64,000 nucleotides of DNA from Spirochaetia bacterium (GTDB taxonomy: Bacteria > Spirochaetota > Spirochaetia > UBA9216): NCBI GenBank assembly GCA_963675665.1, contig OY776510.1, positions 4,672,001 to 4,736,000 of the forward strand, in the 5' to 3' direction. Numbering within the stretch: the first letter of the stretch is position 1; each line of letters begins with the position of its first letter. A program made the position numbers and the translations under genes. Below, piece by piece: positions 47,051 to 56,785 of this stretch. Under the pieces are notes generated by a model. The model worked only from the letters and a program-made list of their open reading frames with translations. It did no database searches and had not been told where the DNA came from.

Positions 47051-48445
47051 TTAATAGTCACACCATAAATTCAAGCCGAGTGAAACATGGTGTTGATAAT
47101 CTACATACGTTCCCGACGGCATGTACTGAAATCCGTAGCCGAGCGAAAGGCCGTAAAGCACGTTTCTGCCGAATATTCCGGAAGATGGGAAAAGAGGTAT
47201 AGCATCCGTTCTTATGCCGGCCTGGGGATGAAGCATGAACCCGTAACGGTGTTCAACCGATCCTCCCAGGTTCCAGTATTTTTCGTGTCTGAGACCGGCG
47301 CTGATTCCCGCAGAAAACTCCAGGGGAATATCTGCGAAACCGGGTCTGAACCCTATATCCAGACCTGCTGCAGGCTGAATAAGCCTTATCTGCCTCTCCG
47401 TATTGTAAAAATCATCAATAGCGTCGCCGTACATATATTCAATAAACGGCAGCAGCCTGACAGAAAAAAGCCGACCGGTTTTATCTGCGTTTAGTTCATA
47501 TGGAAAAAGCAGTTTCATCCGCTTTTCAAAGCAGAGCAGATCAAGGGTATAATCAAGAATAAAATCACAATGCTCATAATCATGCAGGTTTTGCCTGCCG
47601 GATGAAAAAAACAGGCTTATATAACCGTTTGCATATTCGGTTGCCGGGTAAACCGCGGCTTTATATGCCAGAATACCAGTCTGAACAGCCCAGCCCGCAT
47701 AAAATCCGCTCTCCTGTGTAATGGCAAGATCTATTGTTCCGCCGGGAAAATCAGCGAACGAATCCGACCGGCCTGCGAAGATCCTGAAAAAGTCGTCAGA
47801 ATCATTTTCAAGATTTACGCTTAAGACCGAATCCAGCATTAAGCCGGAAGGAGCGCAGTATTCCAGCTTCAAATCAAATTTCGGCTCAAGGCTGTGCTGA
47901 TTGTCCGATACAAGGACGAAACTGTATCCCGTGTCGGCGCCGACAAGAAACTCGCCGTTAAAAGCCTTTCCGTTCCGGCCCTCGTCATAGATTAAATCTA
48001 CATGTTTTAAGCAGAAAATGCTGTGGATGAGGTTCTGAACCGTCTGCCCGCCGACGTTTCCCGAAAGTATTCCTCCGAGATAAGGCGTAAACCGGAAGCG
48101 GCCGTATTTCGGGTTCCCGGGAAACTCAATGCCGGCTTTAAACATTATCTCGTCGGTTCTCAGATTATTTCCGCGATCGGTATAGCCGCTGAAAAACAGG
48201 TCAGCAAAACCTCCGTTGTCGAACTGCCGGTTCCCTCCGAATCCATAGCTGAGATAATCGTCCCGGCATAAAGCAAGCTCTCCGCCGAAAGCATCATTGC
48301 ACATTGTGACGGTAAATTCGTCAGTTTTTACCGGGTTACCGAAAATTGAAATCCCGTAGAGCAGAAGGAACATTGTTGGAAATACATATTTTTTAATAAA
48401 CATCATGCAATATTTATAGCGGATCAGCATATCTCTTTCAATCAA
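47051..48445 (-). CDS. Putative outer-membrane beta-barrel with LpxR-like N-terminal motifs
   Basis: Signal peptide; NDAF..DDYLSYG and VQNLIH; alternating beta strands; aromatic C-terminus. Confidence 0.5.
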   Translation of the reverse strand: MIERDMLIRYKYCMMFIKKYVFPTMFLLLYGISIFGNPVKTDEFTVTMCNDAFGGELALCRDDYLSYGFGGNRQFDNGGFADLFFSGYTDRGNNLRTDEIMFKAGIEFPGNPKYGRFRFTPYLGGILSGNVGGQTVQNLIHSIFCLKHVDLIYDEGRNGKAFNGEFLVGADTGYSFVLVSDNQHSLEPKFDLKLEYCAPSGLMLDSVLSVNLENDSDDFFRIFAGRSDSFADFPGGTIDLAITQESGFYAGWAVQTGILAYKAAVYPATEYANGYISLFFSSGRQNLHDYEHCDFILDYTLDLLCFEKRMKLLFPYELNADKTGRLFSVRLLPFIEYMYGDAIDDFYNTERQIRLIQPAAGLDIGFRPGFADIPLEFSAGISAGLRHEKYWNLGGSVEHRYGFMLHPQAGIRTDAIPLFPSSGIFGRNVLYGLSLGYGFQYMPSGTYVDYQHHVSLGLNLWCDY

Positions 48446-48481
48446 AACTTCAACACATAGTATTTTTTATATATATAAGTC

Positions 48482-48510
48482 TTGACTTAATTGCGCAAAG
48501 CAACTATATT
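48482..48510 (+). promoter_or_regulatory. Sigma70-type promoter of glutaredoxin gene
   Basis: TTGACT-17 nt-TATATT. Confidence 0.6.
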
Positions 48511-48571
48511 TTTATTGATAAAAATCACCCTTCGTGGTGGAAGTTTTTACAGTTTTTACAGGAGGAATTAT

Positions 48572-48802
48572 ATGTCAGTTATAATGTATTCAACACCTAC
48601 ATGCACCTACTGCCGGCTTGCAAAAGATTACTTCAGGCAAAACAAAATTCCCTTTACCGAGTATAATGTCGCCTCAGATACAAGACGTGCAGAAGAAATG
48701 ACGCGCAAATCCGGGCAGATGGGAGTTCCTGTTCTTGATATTAACGGAAGGATTCTGGTCGGGTTCAATAAAGACCAGATTGAACGGGCTATTCACAGAT
48801 AA
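48572..48802 (+). CDS. Glutaredoxin-like protein (NrdH/YruB type)
   Basis: YSTPTCTYC, GQMGVPV, GF; AGGAGG SD. Confidence 0.92.
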   Translation: MSVIMYSTPTCTYCRLAKDYFRQNKIPFTEYNVASDTRRAEEMTRKSGQMGVPVLDINGRILVGFNKDQIERAIHR

Positions 48803-49214
48803 AGATTTTATCATACCGCCCCGAACTTGAAGGCGGTATGCTGTTCGGTAAAAGCTGTTCCGAGTAAGCATGAAGCAAATCCAGCATATCGGCCTTTGAT
48901 TCAACAATAGTATAACTGTAGTAGCATTTGTTTTCCAAAAGAATCCGGCGCCTGGCGCGGTCGCTTACTTCAGCAGGATCGGAAGCCCTTCTTATTTCAG
49001 ATCTTAATCCGCCGTACCAGACACGCTCCATATAAAAAAGATGAATTTTACCGGATTTATCTTTATAATGAAGCCTGAAAATTCCTGAACGCGCCGGTAC
49101 TGAAACAGTTATTCTGTACCGGTTAACAGGCTCGCATTTTGACCAGTTTGTACTGAAAAAAGCACATCCGTCCTTAACCTTCTTAAAAGTAACATTATCG
49201 GTACGGTAATTCAT
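48789..49214 (-). CDS. Hypothetical protein
   Basis: 141-aa ORF coupled (TGATG) to the upstream moaE-like gene. Confidence 0.65.
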   Translation of the reverse strand: MNYRTDNVTFKKVKDGCAFFSTNWSKCEPVNRYRITVSVPARSGIFRLHYKDKSGKIHLFYMERVWYGGLRSEIRRASDPAEVSDRARRRILLENKCYYSYTIVESKADMLDLLHAYSEQLLPNSIPPSSSGRYDKIFICE

Positions 49215-49576
49215 CAGTCAAGAAGCGTTTCATCTTTGGTAGTGCATTCAGTCTTGATTGCTTCGAGCGTATCCGACAGCACCTTTTTTACATTCGGTCT
49301 TATATCGCCGGCTACTGCAAGCACCATCACATCATCGCCTGGAAAGAGGACTTTTCCGTCATAGATTTCAACGATCACGTCTATAATACCGTTCTGCTTC
49401 TTTTGCTTTTCGATTAATTTCTCAAGAGCGGCATAATCAACATGCACCTTAAGGCTCTTTACAGGCTCGCCGGCCCTGGAAGTTTCACGCACAATCCCGT
49501 TATGATAAAGAACCATCCCGCATTTTTTATAGTCGGGATTGGATTTGATTTTTCCTATTACATCTTCAAGCGCCAT
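49214..49576 (-). CDS. MoaE-like molybdopterin synthase large-subunit protein
   Basis: GMVL.H.G.VR, GDDVM...VAGDIR, IK....K.E; GGAGG SD. Confidence 0.8.
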   Translation of the reverse strand: MALEDVIGKIKSNPDYKKCGMVLYHNGIVRETSRAGEPVKSLKVHVDYAALEKLIEKQKKQNGIIDVIVEIYDGKVLFPGDDVMVLAVAGDIRPNVKKVLSDTLEAIKTECTTKDETLLD

Positions 49577-49589
49577 GCTATCCCTCCGT

Positions 49590-50819
49590 TTACTCTGAGA
49601 CAAGATAAAGATAACTGAGAAAATCAAGCTGCTTGTTATAAAACAAGTCGGGATTTTCCCTGTTTATATAAATATCAACAATTATACCCAGAAGCTCACG
49701 TGTGGTATACAGCTCTTCCTGTTCAACTCCGGCTATAAGCGCATAAAATTCCAGCAGTTCGGTGTCGGAATCCGCCAGAACAGTTATCGCGGGCTGAATC
49801 ATAGTCTGATAGCAATCATCATTCGTAAAGAAAGACAATTCCGGAAGCGACCGGAACTCAAGAAGCTCCGCTGCCGTTCTCCGCTGACCGGGCTGCAGGG
49901 ATAAAAACATGTTTTCAATAAAATCACTCTCGTCGCTCAGATAAAAAAATCTGCCGGAAACCCTGTTAAAAGAACGGAGGCAATCCAGATATCCCAGCTT
50001 TATCAGCCTGGCTGCATTCTCTGAACTGAAGTCAAGAACGGAACCGGAAGAAAATCCCGGGCGGATAAAACGGACATCGAAATCAAAATCCGAATAGTCC
50101 GACAGGTATTCAATTGCGTCTTTTGGCATATACATGTCCAGCGAAACAACAACAGCCTCAGAGAATTTAGCGGGGTCAACCATCTCAACTGCAATATTCT
50201 TGTAAATTCCGCCGTCGATATATTCCTGCCCGTCTATAACCTGTCTCCGGAATGCCGGGAAATTCGCACTGGCCAGTATATACTCGACAAGCCTGCCCGG
50301 GGGGATATCCTCCAGGTACAGAATCCTTTCCGACAACCTAGACAGTGAATAAGTCATCAGGCCGTAGTCAACGGAACTTTGCCTGACTTTTACCTCGTTT
50401 ATCTCGGAATAAAGAAGGTCTTCAAGCGGCGAAACGTTGATGCCGCCATGTTTCAACCACTCTTCAGTCGCTTCAGCCAGATCAGTTAAAGAAAAAGAAC
50501 CTGATAACACCCTGCTTCCCGCACTGCTCAGCTGCATGACATCGTCTTTATCAAGATTAAGCCACAGCTGTTCAGCTCGCTGATAATCATTCTGCAAAAT
50601 CATGGCTCCGTTTATGGCCCCGACCGAAACTCCGTAGACACCGCCTATTTCAACTTCCATTTCCCGGAGTGCTTTCCACACTCCGATATGATACGCTCCA
50701 CGGGCTCCGCCCCCGCCGAGCACCAGCGCAACCGGATCGGCCGCGATGCTGCCTGTCTGTAACATAATAAAAAATACCAAAGCAGATAAAACTGTTTTTA
50801 AAATACATCTTGTCATCAA
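49590..50819 (-). CDS. Patatin-like phospholipase with signal peptide
   Basis: GGGARG, GVSVG (GxSxG), DGG. Confidence 0.9.
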   Translation of the reverse strand: MMTRCILKTVLSALVFFIMLQTGSIAADPVALVLGGGGARGAYHIGVWKALREMEVEIGGVYGVSVGAINGAMILQNDYQRAEQLWLNLDKDDVMQLSSAGSRVLSGSFSLTDLAEATEEWLKHGGINVSPLEDLLYSEINEVKVRQSSVDYGLMTYSLSRLSERILYLEDIPPGRLVEYILASANFPAFRRQVIDGQEYIDGGIYKNIAVEMVDPAKFSEAVVVSLDMYMPKDAIEYLSDYSDFDFDVRFIRPGFSSGSVLDFSSENAARLIKLGYLDCLRSFNRVSGRFFYLSDESDFIENMFLSLQPGQRRTAAELLEFRSLPELSFFTNDDCYQTMIQPAITVLADSDTELLEFYALIAGVEQEELYTTRELLGIIVDIYINRENPDLFYNKQLDFLSYLYLVSE

Positions 50820-50853
50820 TTGAACCTAACCCAAAAACGGTTTATTATCAATT

Positions 50854-52086
50854 ATGTGCCCAAAAACCGATTTGCTTTATTATAAAAATCCGGATATTAC
50901 TGAGTTTTCTGCCGCAGTTCTTTCAATTGATTATGCTGAAAACAGACTCAGATTAATTCTTGACCGGACCGCATTCTATCCCGAAGGCGGCGGGCAGCCG
51001 GCTGATCGCGGAACCATAAACGGATTAATTGTGGCCGACGTCCGGAAAAACGACGGTACAGTACATCATTTTATCGAAATCCCCGATGAGAACAGCGCCG
51101 TTCCTGAACCGGGAGATAAAGTGAATTGCACAATCGATATTCCATACCGAAAAGATTATATGCAGCAGCATTCAGGGCAGCATGTAATTTCGGCGGCAAT
51201 GATGAAATCATGCGGGGTTGAAACAGTTTCGGTTCGCCAGGGATCCGATTTCACTGCGATAGAAACCGCTTCCGCCGAGCTTGATTTGGATACCATGCTC
51301 CGGATTGAGGACACGGCGAACAGCTTCATCAGGCTGAACGCCCCGATAAACGCGCTTGTAACGGACAAGGACGGCCTCAAGCAATACAAACTGCGGAGAC
51401 CGACGAAACACACATCAAATATAAGGATAATAGAGATTCCCGGCATCGACTGTGTTGCCTGCGGGGGGATGCACCTCAGAACCACCGGTGAGATTGGACT
51501 TGTTAAATACATCTGGCAGGAGAAGATCAGAAACCGGATACGTACATACTGGAAAATTGGCGGCCGCGCCTATCGTGACTACGCCGAAAAAACTGAAATA
51601 ATCAATTCCCTGAATGAGTTTTATTCGGCAAGGCAGTTTGAACTTGCGGAAAAAGCCGCAGGCGTTGCCGAACAGTTAACCGAAGCTCGGTACAGATACA
51701 ACAAGCTGGAAGAGGAATACGCGGCGTTTTACGCTTCCGGCCTGATATCCGAACCCGGTGGCGCCGTAATAAAAATATTTAAAAACCGGCCGAACAGTTT
51801 CATAACAAACCTGCTTAAATCGCTTTCGGAAAACCTGACAGCCGTACCCGCCTTCATATTCAACCGAACCGGCGATGCTCTCACATGGGCGGCAACCTGT
51901 CCCGAAGGGTTACCTTTTGATTTTAATGAATTCAGAAAGGAGCTTCTTCCGATAATCGACGGGAAAGGAGGAGGAAAGCCTCCGCTCTGGCAGGGAATCG
52001 CAAAAAATCCGGACGGGATTGAAGAGTTGATCGGTTTGCTTCAAAAAAAATATTCAGTAACAGTTGAAAGAAATCCGGTTGACTGA
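50854..52086 (+). CDS. AlaX-type alanyl-tRNA editing protein with DHHA1 domain
   Basis: TAFYPEGGGQP.D.G, QQHSGQH, CGGMH, GKGGG. Confidence 0.9.
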   Translation: MCPKTDLLYYKNPDITEFSAAVLSIDYAENRLRLILDRTAFYPEGGGQPADRGTINGLIVADVRKNDGTVHHFIEIPDENSAVPEPGDKVNCTIDIPYRKDYMQQHSGQHVISAAMMKSCGVETVSVRQGSDFTAIETASAELDLDTMLRIEDTANSFIRLNAPINALVTDKDGLKQYKLRRPTKHTSNIRIIEIPGIDCVACGGMHLRTTGEIGLVKYIWQEKIRNRIRTYWKIGGRAYRDYAEKTEIINSLNEFYSARQFELAEKAAGVAEQLTEARYRYNKLEEEYAAFYASGLISEPGGAVIKIFKNRPNSFITNLLKSLSENLTAVPAFIFNRTGDALTWAATCPEGLPFDFNEFRKELLPIIDGKGGGKPPLWQGIAKNPDGIEELIGLLQKKYSVTVERNPVD

Positions 52087-52093
52087 GCAACTG

Positions 52094-53284
52094 TTATTTT
52101 GCCATCAGGTGGGCAACAGTCTTTTCAAGACCGTTCAGTGAAATATCAAACATGGTAAATATATCGTTGATAATCCCTATCGATTTGGTATATTGCCAGA
52201 GATAATCGGGGACCGGATTAAGCCAGACTGAGTGCCGGAACCCCTTTTCAAGGGCTTTCAGGTAAACAAGCCCGGGAGCCTCGGCTCTGTCTTCAGCATG
52301 AATTATTCCGTTTCGGTACAGCAGTTCATACGGCGACATGCTTGCATCGCCGACGATGATGAGCCTTGTTTCAGGATCGTATTTCATCATTTCTTCAATC
52401 CTGACGGGATGTTTGTATCGCGCCGGATCAGTCCAGACTTTATCGTAAATCGTATTGTGAAAATATACTACTTTCAGATCCTTGAAAAAACTGTTTGCAT
52501 GATCAAACAGTTTTTTCACGATATTGACGTACGGATCCATGGAAATCCCGCCGTTATCGATTGCCAGAACGACCTTCAGCCTGTCTTTAAGGCTCTGTCT
52601 GAAGACAATTTCAATCTCTCCGGCGTTCTTCATAGTGTTGTTTATAGTTTCTTCTATATCAATCCTGTCGCACGGTCCGTGAGGCACCATGTTCCTTAAT
52701 CGCTTCAGGGCCTCCATCATTGTAGACTCCGACAAAGGGCCTTCTGTATTATAATCCTTGAAACGCCGGTCCCCGGCAACCTTGATTGCGGACATTCTTG
52801 CTGATACTCCGCCGATTCTCATCCCGGAAGGGTGATACCCGGAGTGACCGGTAGGAGAAGTGCCTGAAGTGCCTATCCACTTGGTACCGAAATCATGCCG
52901 TTCTTTCTGATCATTCAGCCTGTCCTGGAAATACTGCAACAATTCTTCAGGCGTCATATTTTTGAGCATCATCTCGTCAATATCGAATTCCCTGGCGGCA
53001 TCGGCCGGATTTTCAAGCCATTTCGCAATAAGCGCGGCCATATGTTCATCAGGCGTAATCCCGTCGAACAGCGGTTCGTCGGCGCCTTCGAAATAAGCCA
53101 TAAAAAGCTGGTCATACATATCGAAATAACGTTCGCTTTTTATCAGGATACTTCGCGCCGAGACGTAAAGTTCATATACGGAATTGATAAGCCCCAGATA
53201 AAGGGCTTTCTGCAAAGTCATAAACGATTTCAGACTAACCGGAATACCGGCATTCCGCAGTTTTATGAAAAAGTCGGAAAACAT
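52094..53284 (-). CDS. VWA-domain (CoxE-like) partner of MoxR ATPase
   Basis: WIGT.GTSP.G, DNGGISM MIDAS-like, FHN, VGDASMSPYE, WLNP; start placed at MFSDFF. Confidence 0.85.
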   Translation of the reverse strand: MFSDFFIKLRNAGIPVSLKSFMTLQKALYLGLINSVYELYVSARSILIKSERYFDMYDQLFMAYFEGADEPLFDGITPDEHMAALIAKWLENPADAAREFDIDEMMLKNMTPEELLQYFQDRLNDQKERHDFGTKWIGTSGTSPTGHSGYHPSGMRIGGVSARMSAIKVAGDRRFKDYNTEGPLSESTMMEALKRLRNMVPHGPCDRIDIEETINNTMKNAGEIEIVFRQSLKDRLKVVLAIDNGGISMDPYVNIVKKLFDHANSFFKDLKVVYFHNTIYDKVWTDPARYKHPVRIEEMMKYDPETRLIIVGDASMSPYELLYRNGIIHAEDRAEAPGLVYLKALEKGFRHSVWLNPVPDYLWQYTKSIGIINDIFTMFDISLNGLEKTVAHLMAK

Positions 53285-53288
53285 CTGT

Positions 53289-54110
53289 TCAACCGCTGAA
53301 CCGCCTGGCTTTCTCCAGGTCCTCGCTGCGTTTGAATAAAATGCCCGGAAACGGAACCCGGCCTGCCGACAGTTCCCCGATATTGAACTCAGAATCAAGC
53401 TCGAGGGCCCTTATCCAGTTGATCAACTCTCTTGTTGCCGGTTTCTTCTCGATATCCTTTAGTTTGCGCAGGGAATAGAACATCCCGACAGCCTTTTCAG
53501 CAAGATGCTGTTCTATCCTCGGAAAATGAACATCGACTATTCTGCGCATAAGTTCATCATCCGGAAAGGCGATATGATGAAAATTGCAGCGACCCAGAAA
53601 CGGATCGGAGAGATCCTTCTTGCTGTTGGACGTTATAATAATAACCGGGCGCTTCCTGGCTTTAATTCTTTTATCAATCTCGGTGATATCGAATTCCATC
53701 TGGTCAAGAACGTCCAGCATATCGTCCTGGAAGTCCGTATCAGCCTTGTCAATTTCATCTATCAGCAGGACCTGTCTGGTTTCCGCGGTAAAGGCCTGTC
53801 CTATTTTCCCCATTTTTATGTATTCTTCGATATTGCTGACGTCCCTTTCGGAATCGCCGAACCTGGAATCATTAAGCCGCGTCAGCGTGTCATAATGATA
53901 AAGGGCATCGACAAGCTTCATACTGGATTTTACATTAAGGACAATAAGGTTCATGCCGAGCCCTGCTGCCACTGCATGTGCGAGTTGGGTCTTCCCTGTT
54001 CCGGGCTCTCCCTTCAGCAGCAGAGGCATTTCAAGAGCCATCGAAACATTTACTATTTGTGAAAGTTCTTCATCAAGAACATATGTGTTTGTACCTTTAA
54101 AATTAACCAT
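53289..54110 (-). CDS. MoxR-family AAA+ ATPase
   Basis: GEPGTGKT, LIDEIDKAD, ITSN..K.L.D.FL.RC. Confidence 0.9.
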   Translation of the reverse strand: MVNFKGTNTYVLDEELSQIVNVSMALEMPLLLKGEPGTGKTQLAHAVAAGLGMNLIVLNVKSSMKLVDALYHYDTLTRLNDSRFGDSERDVSNIEEYIKMGKIGQAFTAETRQVLLIDEIDKADTDFQDDMLDVLDQMEFDITEIDKRIKARKRPVIIITSNSKKDLSDPFLGRCNFHHIAFPDDELMRRIVDVHFPRIEQHLAEKAVGMFYSLRKLKDIEKKPATRELINWIRALELDSEFNIGELSAGRVPFPGILFKRSEDLEKARRFSG

Positions 54111-54127
54111 ATCTATTCCAGGAAAAT

Positions 54128-55090
54128 TTATTTGTGGTTTCTCAGCTTTAACAGCTCGTTTGCCGTTTCCTCATCGGTTATCAGCGAGTTGATGTATTTC
54201 CCGTTGATCGCACCGAGGATCGGCAGGGCTTTTTCCTTGCCCGAGGTCACCCCGATACGCAGGGGTATTTTGCTCAGCTCTTCAAGCGAAATAGCCATAA
54301 CCCTGTCTGCAATGCTGCTTTTAACGACCTTTCCGTTAATATCATAATGCCTGCACAGAATATCGCCGACAGCTCCGGCCTGTTTCAGCTCCTGGTTTTC
54401 CTCTCTGGTTATTGAGCCCGTAACTACAAGCGATGCGGCATCACTGAAATCACCAATACCCACAAGGGCTTTGTTGCAGCTTCTGCCCAGCGTAAGGGCC
54501 TCATTTATGCTGAAGTCGCGAATCAGCGCTTTCTTAATATCAAGATGCGCTACAACGGCAGGAGTATTCAGCCAGATTCCGCGCGCGCTGAGTTTTGAAA
54601 CCATCAGTTCCATAACCTTTTGCGGCAGCAGTTCTCCGCCGGTATTCATTCCGCCCGAAAGCTGTACAACGGTCAGGTCCCTGTCGCGCACGGCCCTGAG
54701 AGCAGCCCCAACATGGTAAAGGTTCCGGCCCCAGGAACAGCCGATGACATCACCGTCGGTCAGGTTCTGTTCCAGAAACCCGGCGCAGGCAACACCGACA
54801 CCTTCACGGGTGTCTTCAGGACTTTCGCCCTGCGGAACAACCCTTACTGTCTCCAGCGAGAAGCTTTCTCTCAGCATCTCTTCGATTTCAAAACAGGTCC
54901 TGAATTTCCTGCTGATATTAATCTCGACAATACCTTCTTCCCTGGCCTGTGCCAGCAATCTGGTTACTTTTGTGCGCGAGAAATCAAGTTTCTTCGCAAT
55001 TTCTTCCTGCGTCAGCCCCTGAATGTAGTACATCCAGGCTATTCTGGCCAGAAGAGATATTTTTCTGTGTGAACTGGTTTTATCACTCAT
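54128..55090 (-). CDS. SorC/DeoR-family sugar-binding transcriptional regulator
   Basis: IAWMYY..GLTQEEIA HTH, SWGR, GAVGD, LITDE. Confidence 0.92.
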   Translation of the reverse strand: MSDKTSSHRKISLLARIAWMYYIQGLTQEEIAKKLDFSRTKVTRLLAQAREEGIVEINISRKFRTCFEIEEMLRESFSLETVRVVPQGESPEDTREGVGVACAGFLEQNLTDGDVIGCSWGRNLYHVGAALRAVRDRDLTVVQLSGGMNTGGELLPQKVMELMVSKLSARGIWLNTPAVVAHLDIKKALIRDFSINEALTLGRSCNKALVGIGDFSDAASLVVTGSITREENQELKQAGAVGDILCRHYDINGKVVKSSIADRVMAISLEELSKIPLRIGVTSGKEKALPILGAINGKYINSLITDEETANELLKLRNHK

Positions 55091-55185
55091 CGGTCTAACT
55101 TTAACGGGAAAATCCATTAATATCAACATAAAAATTGACATTTGTGCGCCGTTTAATATTACGCACAAACATTCAGCCTGACAGT

Positions 55186-56709
55186 TTAACGGTTAGCTGC
55201 ATCCAGCTTTATGGTCCATGCAAACGGCAGGCTTGAGACCGGGTAAATATACCCCATTTTATCGTTGTTAATGTCCATTATATAACCCGGAAACCCGAGC
55301 AGTTCATAATATGCATCAACCACAGCGCCCCCCGAGTTTCCGCTGCTGATCAGCGCGTCTGTTTTGATCAGTGTAAACTCTGCTGACGCCTCAAATCCGC
55401 TTACGTAACCGGAGGTAAATGTTATCGAGGTTCGGGAGCCCGTTCCGCCCACTTCAGGATAACCTATTATGCTTAAAGGCTGACCTATTCGCAGTTTAGA
55501 CGGATTTCCAAGGTTGAAATACGGAAACTCGTATCCGTAAGGCAGAGACTGTCCGTACCGGCCGGAATTGATCTTCAGCAATGCAAGATCGAGTTTCTCG
55601 TTGTAATCAACAACTTCAGCCGAAAAGACTTCGGCCGGCGGAAGATAATTGGAAAGCGAAACCGCCACATAGTTGTTTTCCGATGGGTTTCCGTCGGCGC
55701 CCTTTATAACGTGCCAGTTTGTTATTATATGCCCTTCTTTGCTGACAATACAGCCAGAACCCTTGCCGTTGTCTGAAATTATCTCTACTGTGGACATAAG
55801 TGCAGATTCCAGGCTGTCTCCCGGTTCGGGGAATACGGGAATGGTATTCAATAATTCCGGAGCCTTGTCGTCAAGCGTCAAAACAACCGAAAGCTCCTGC
55901 GGCATCTCTCTCGCAAGTTGATCAACAAAAGAGATATAATAACGCCCGGTAACAAGCCTGTTATTGGAATACCCCTTTACAATAAGGCTTTCACTGCCCA
56001 GCATGCTTTCAGCGGCATAAATTGCTTCATCCCGGCTTTTGGCGGGCGTACGCAGCGCGGCAAATATATCTACATCTGAATTGGTATCAAATACATCGAT
56101 TCTGAAAGCATCTGTGCCCGACGGTATATCGACAGCAGCAACCGCAAACATTCCGTTTTCCGGTTTCAGCATCATTTTACGGGGCTCGCCGGGCCTCAGC
56201 GTTGTTTCGGCCTCGGCTTTTATGATTTCAAAATTAATCGAGAATTCTATCTCTTCACTGGTTTTTCCGTTGATAATCGGCAGGTAATCATATTGATAAG
56301 CCGCAGCGATGTAGTAGATCCCGGTTTCCAAAGGGGCCCCGGATTGCCTGGATATGAAAAGATTTTCGTTGTAATTTTCGGTTTCGGAGAGATAATCAAC
56401 CACGGCAAAATCGTCAATCTTCGACCCCTTCTTGATAAAAAGGTCAAGATCAGCCGCTGCACCGCTTATGGATAATCGAACGGCATAGGCATTCTTGGGA
56501 ACCCGGAATGAGAACATTTTTGAAGGTATTCCGAAATCCTCGTTAAGTTCAATTACCGAATTCCTGGAAACACCATCCTTCAACTCTTCTACATTACCTG
56601 TTTTCGATGATTTCTCAGCTGATGCTGATACGGCAATCATCAAAAGACAGCAGACTGTCAACAGATTCTTCAATTTCACGTGCCAATACCTCGTGATTGA
56701 ATATAACAC
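55186..56709 (-). CDS. Exported trypsin-like serine protease with two N-terminal PPC-like domains
   Basis: Signal peptide; DLDLF/DVDIF..E..G.YY repeats; catalytic TNWH, DLAL, GNSGG. Confidence 0.85.
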   Translation of the reverse strand: MLYSITRYWHVKLKNLLTVCCLLMIAVSASAEKSSKTGNVEELKDGVSRNSVIELNEDFGIPSKMFSFRVPKNAYAVRLSISGAAADLDLFIKKGSKIDDFAVVDYLSETENYNENLFISRQSGAPLETGIYYIAAAYQYDYLPIINGKTSEEIEFSINFEIIKAEAETTLRPGEPRKMMLKPENGMFAVAAVDIPSGTDAFRIDVFDTNSDVDIFAALRTPAKSRDEAIYAAESMLGSESLIVKGYSNNRLVTGRYYISFVDQLAREMPQELSVVLTLDDKAPELLNTIPVFPEPGDSLESALMSTVEIISDNGKGSGCIVSKEGHIITNWHVIKGADGNPSENNYVAVSLSNYLPPAEVFSAEVVDYNEKLDLALLKINSGRYGQSLPYGYEFPYFNLGNPSKLRIGQPLSIIGYPEVGGTGSRTSITFTSGYVSGFEASAEFTLIKTDALISSGNSGGAVVDAYYELLGFPGYIMDINNDKMGYIYPVSSLPFAWTIKLDAANR

Positions 56710-56785
56710 AAAACCGGTCTATTGCCTATTATGATGATGAGATTTATACTCCAAAAACATTAACTGAAAAGAATCAGGAGTCATA

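Noticed and set aside
52094-54110. MoxR-VWA pair as a novel defence system
   Set aside because: A widespread chaperone-type pairing with no nuclease or other effector adjacent
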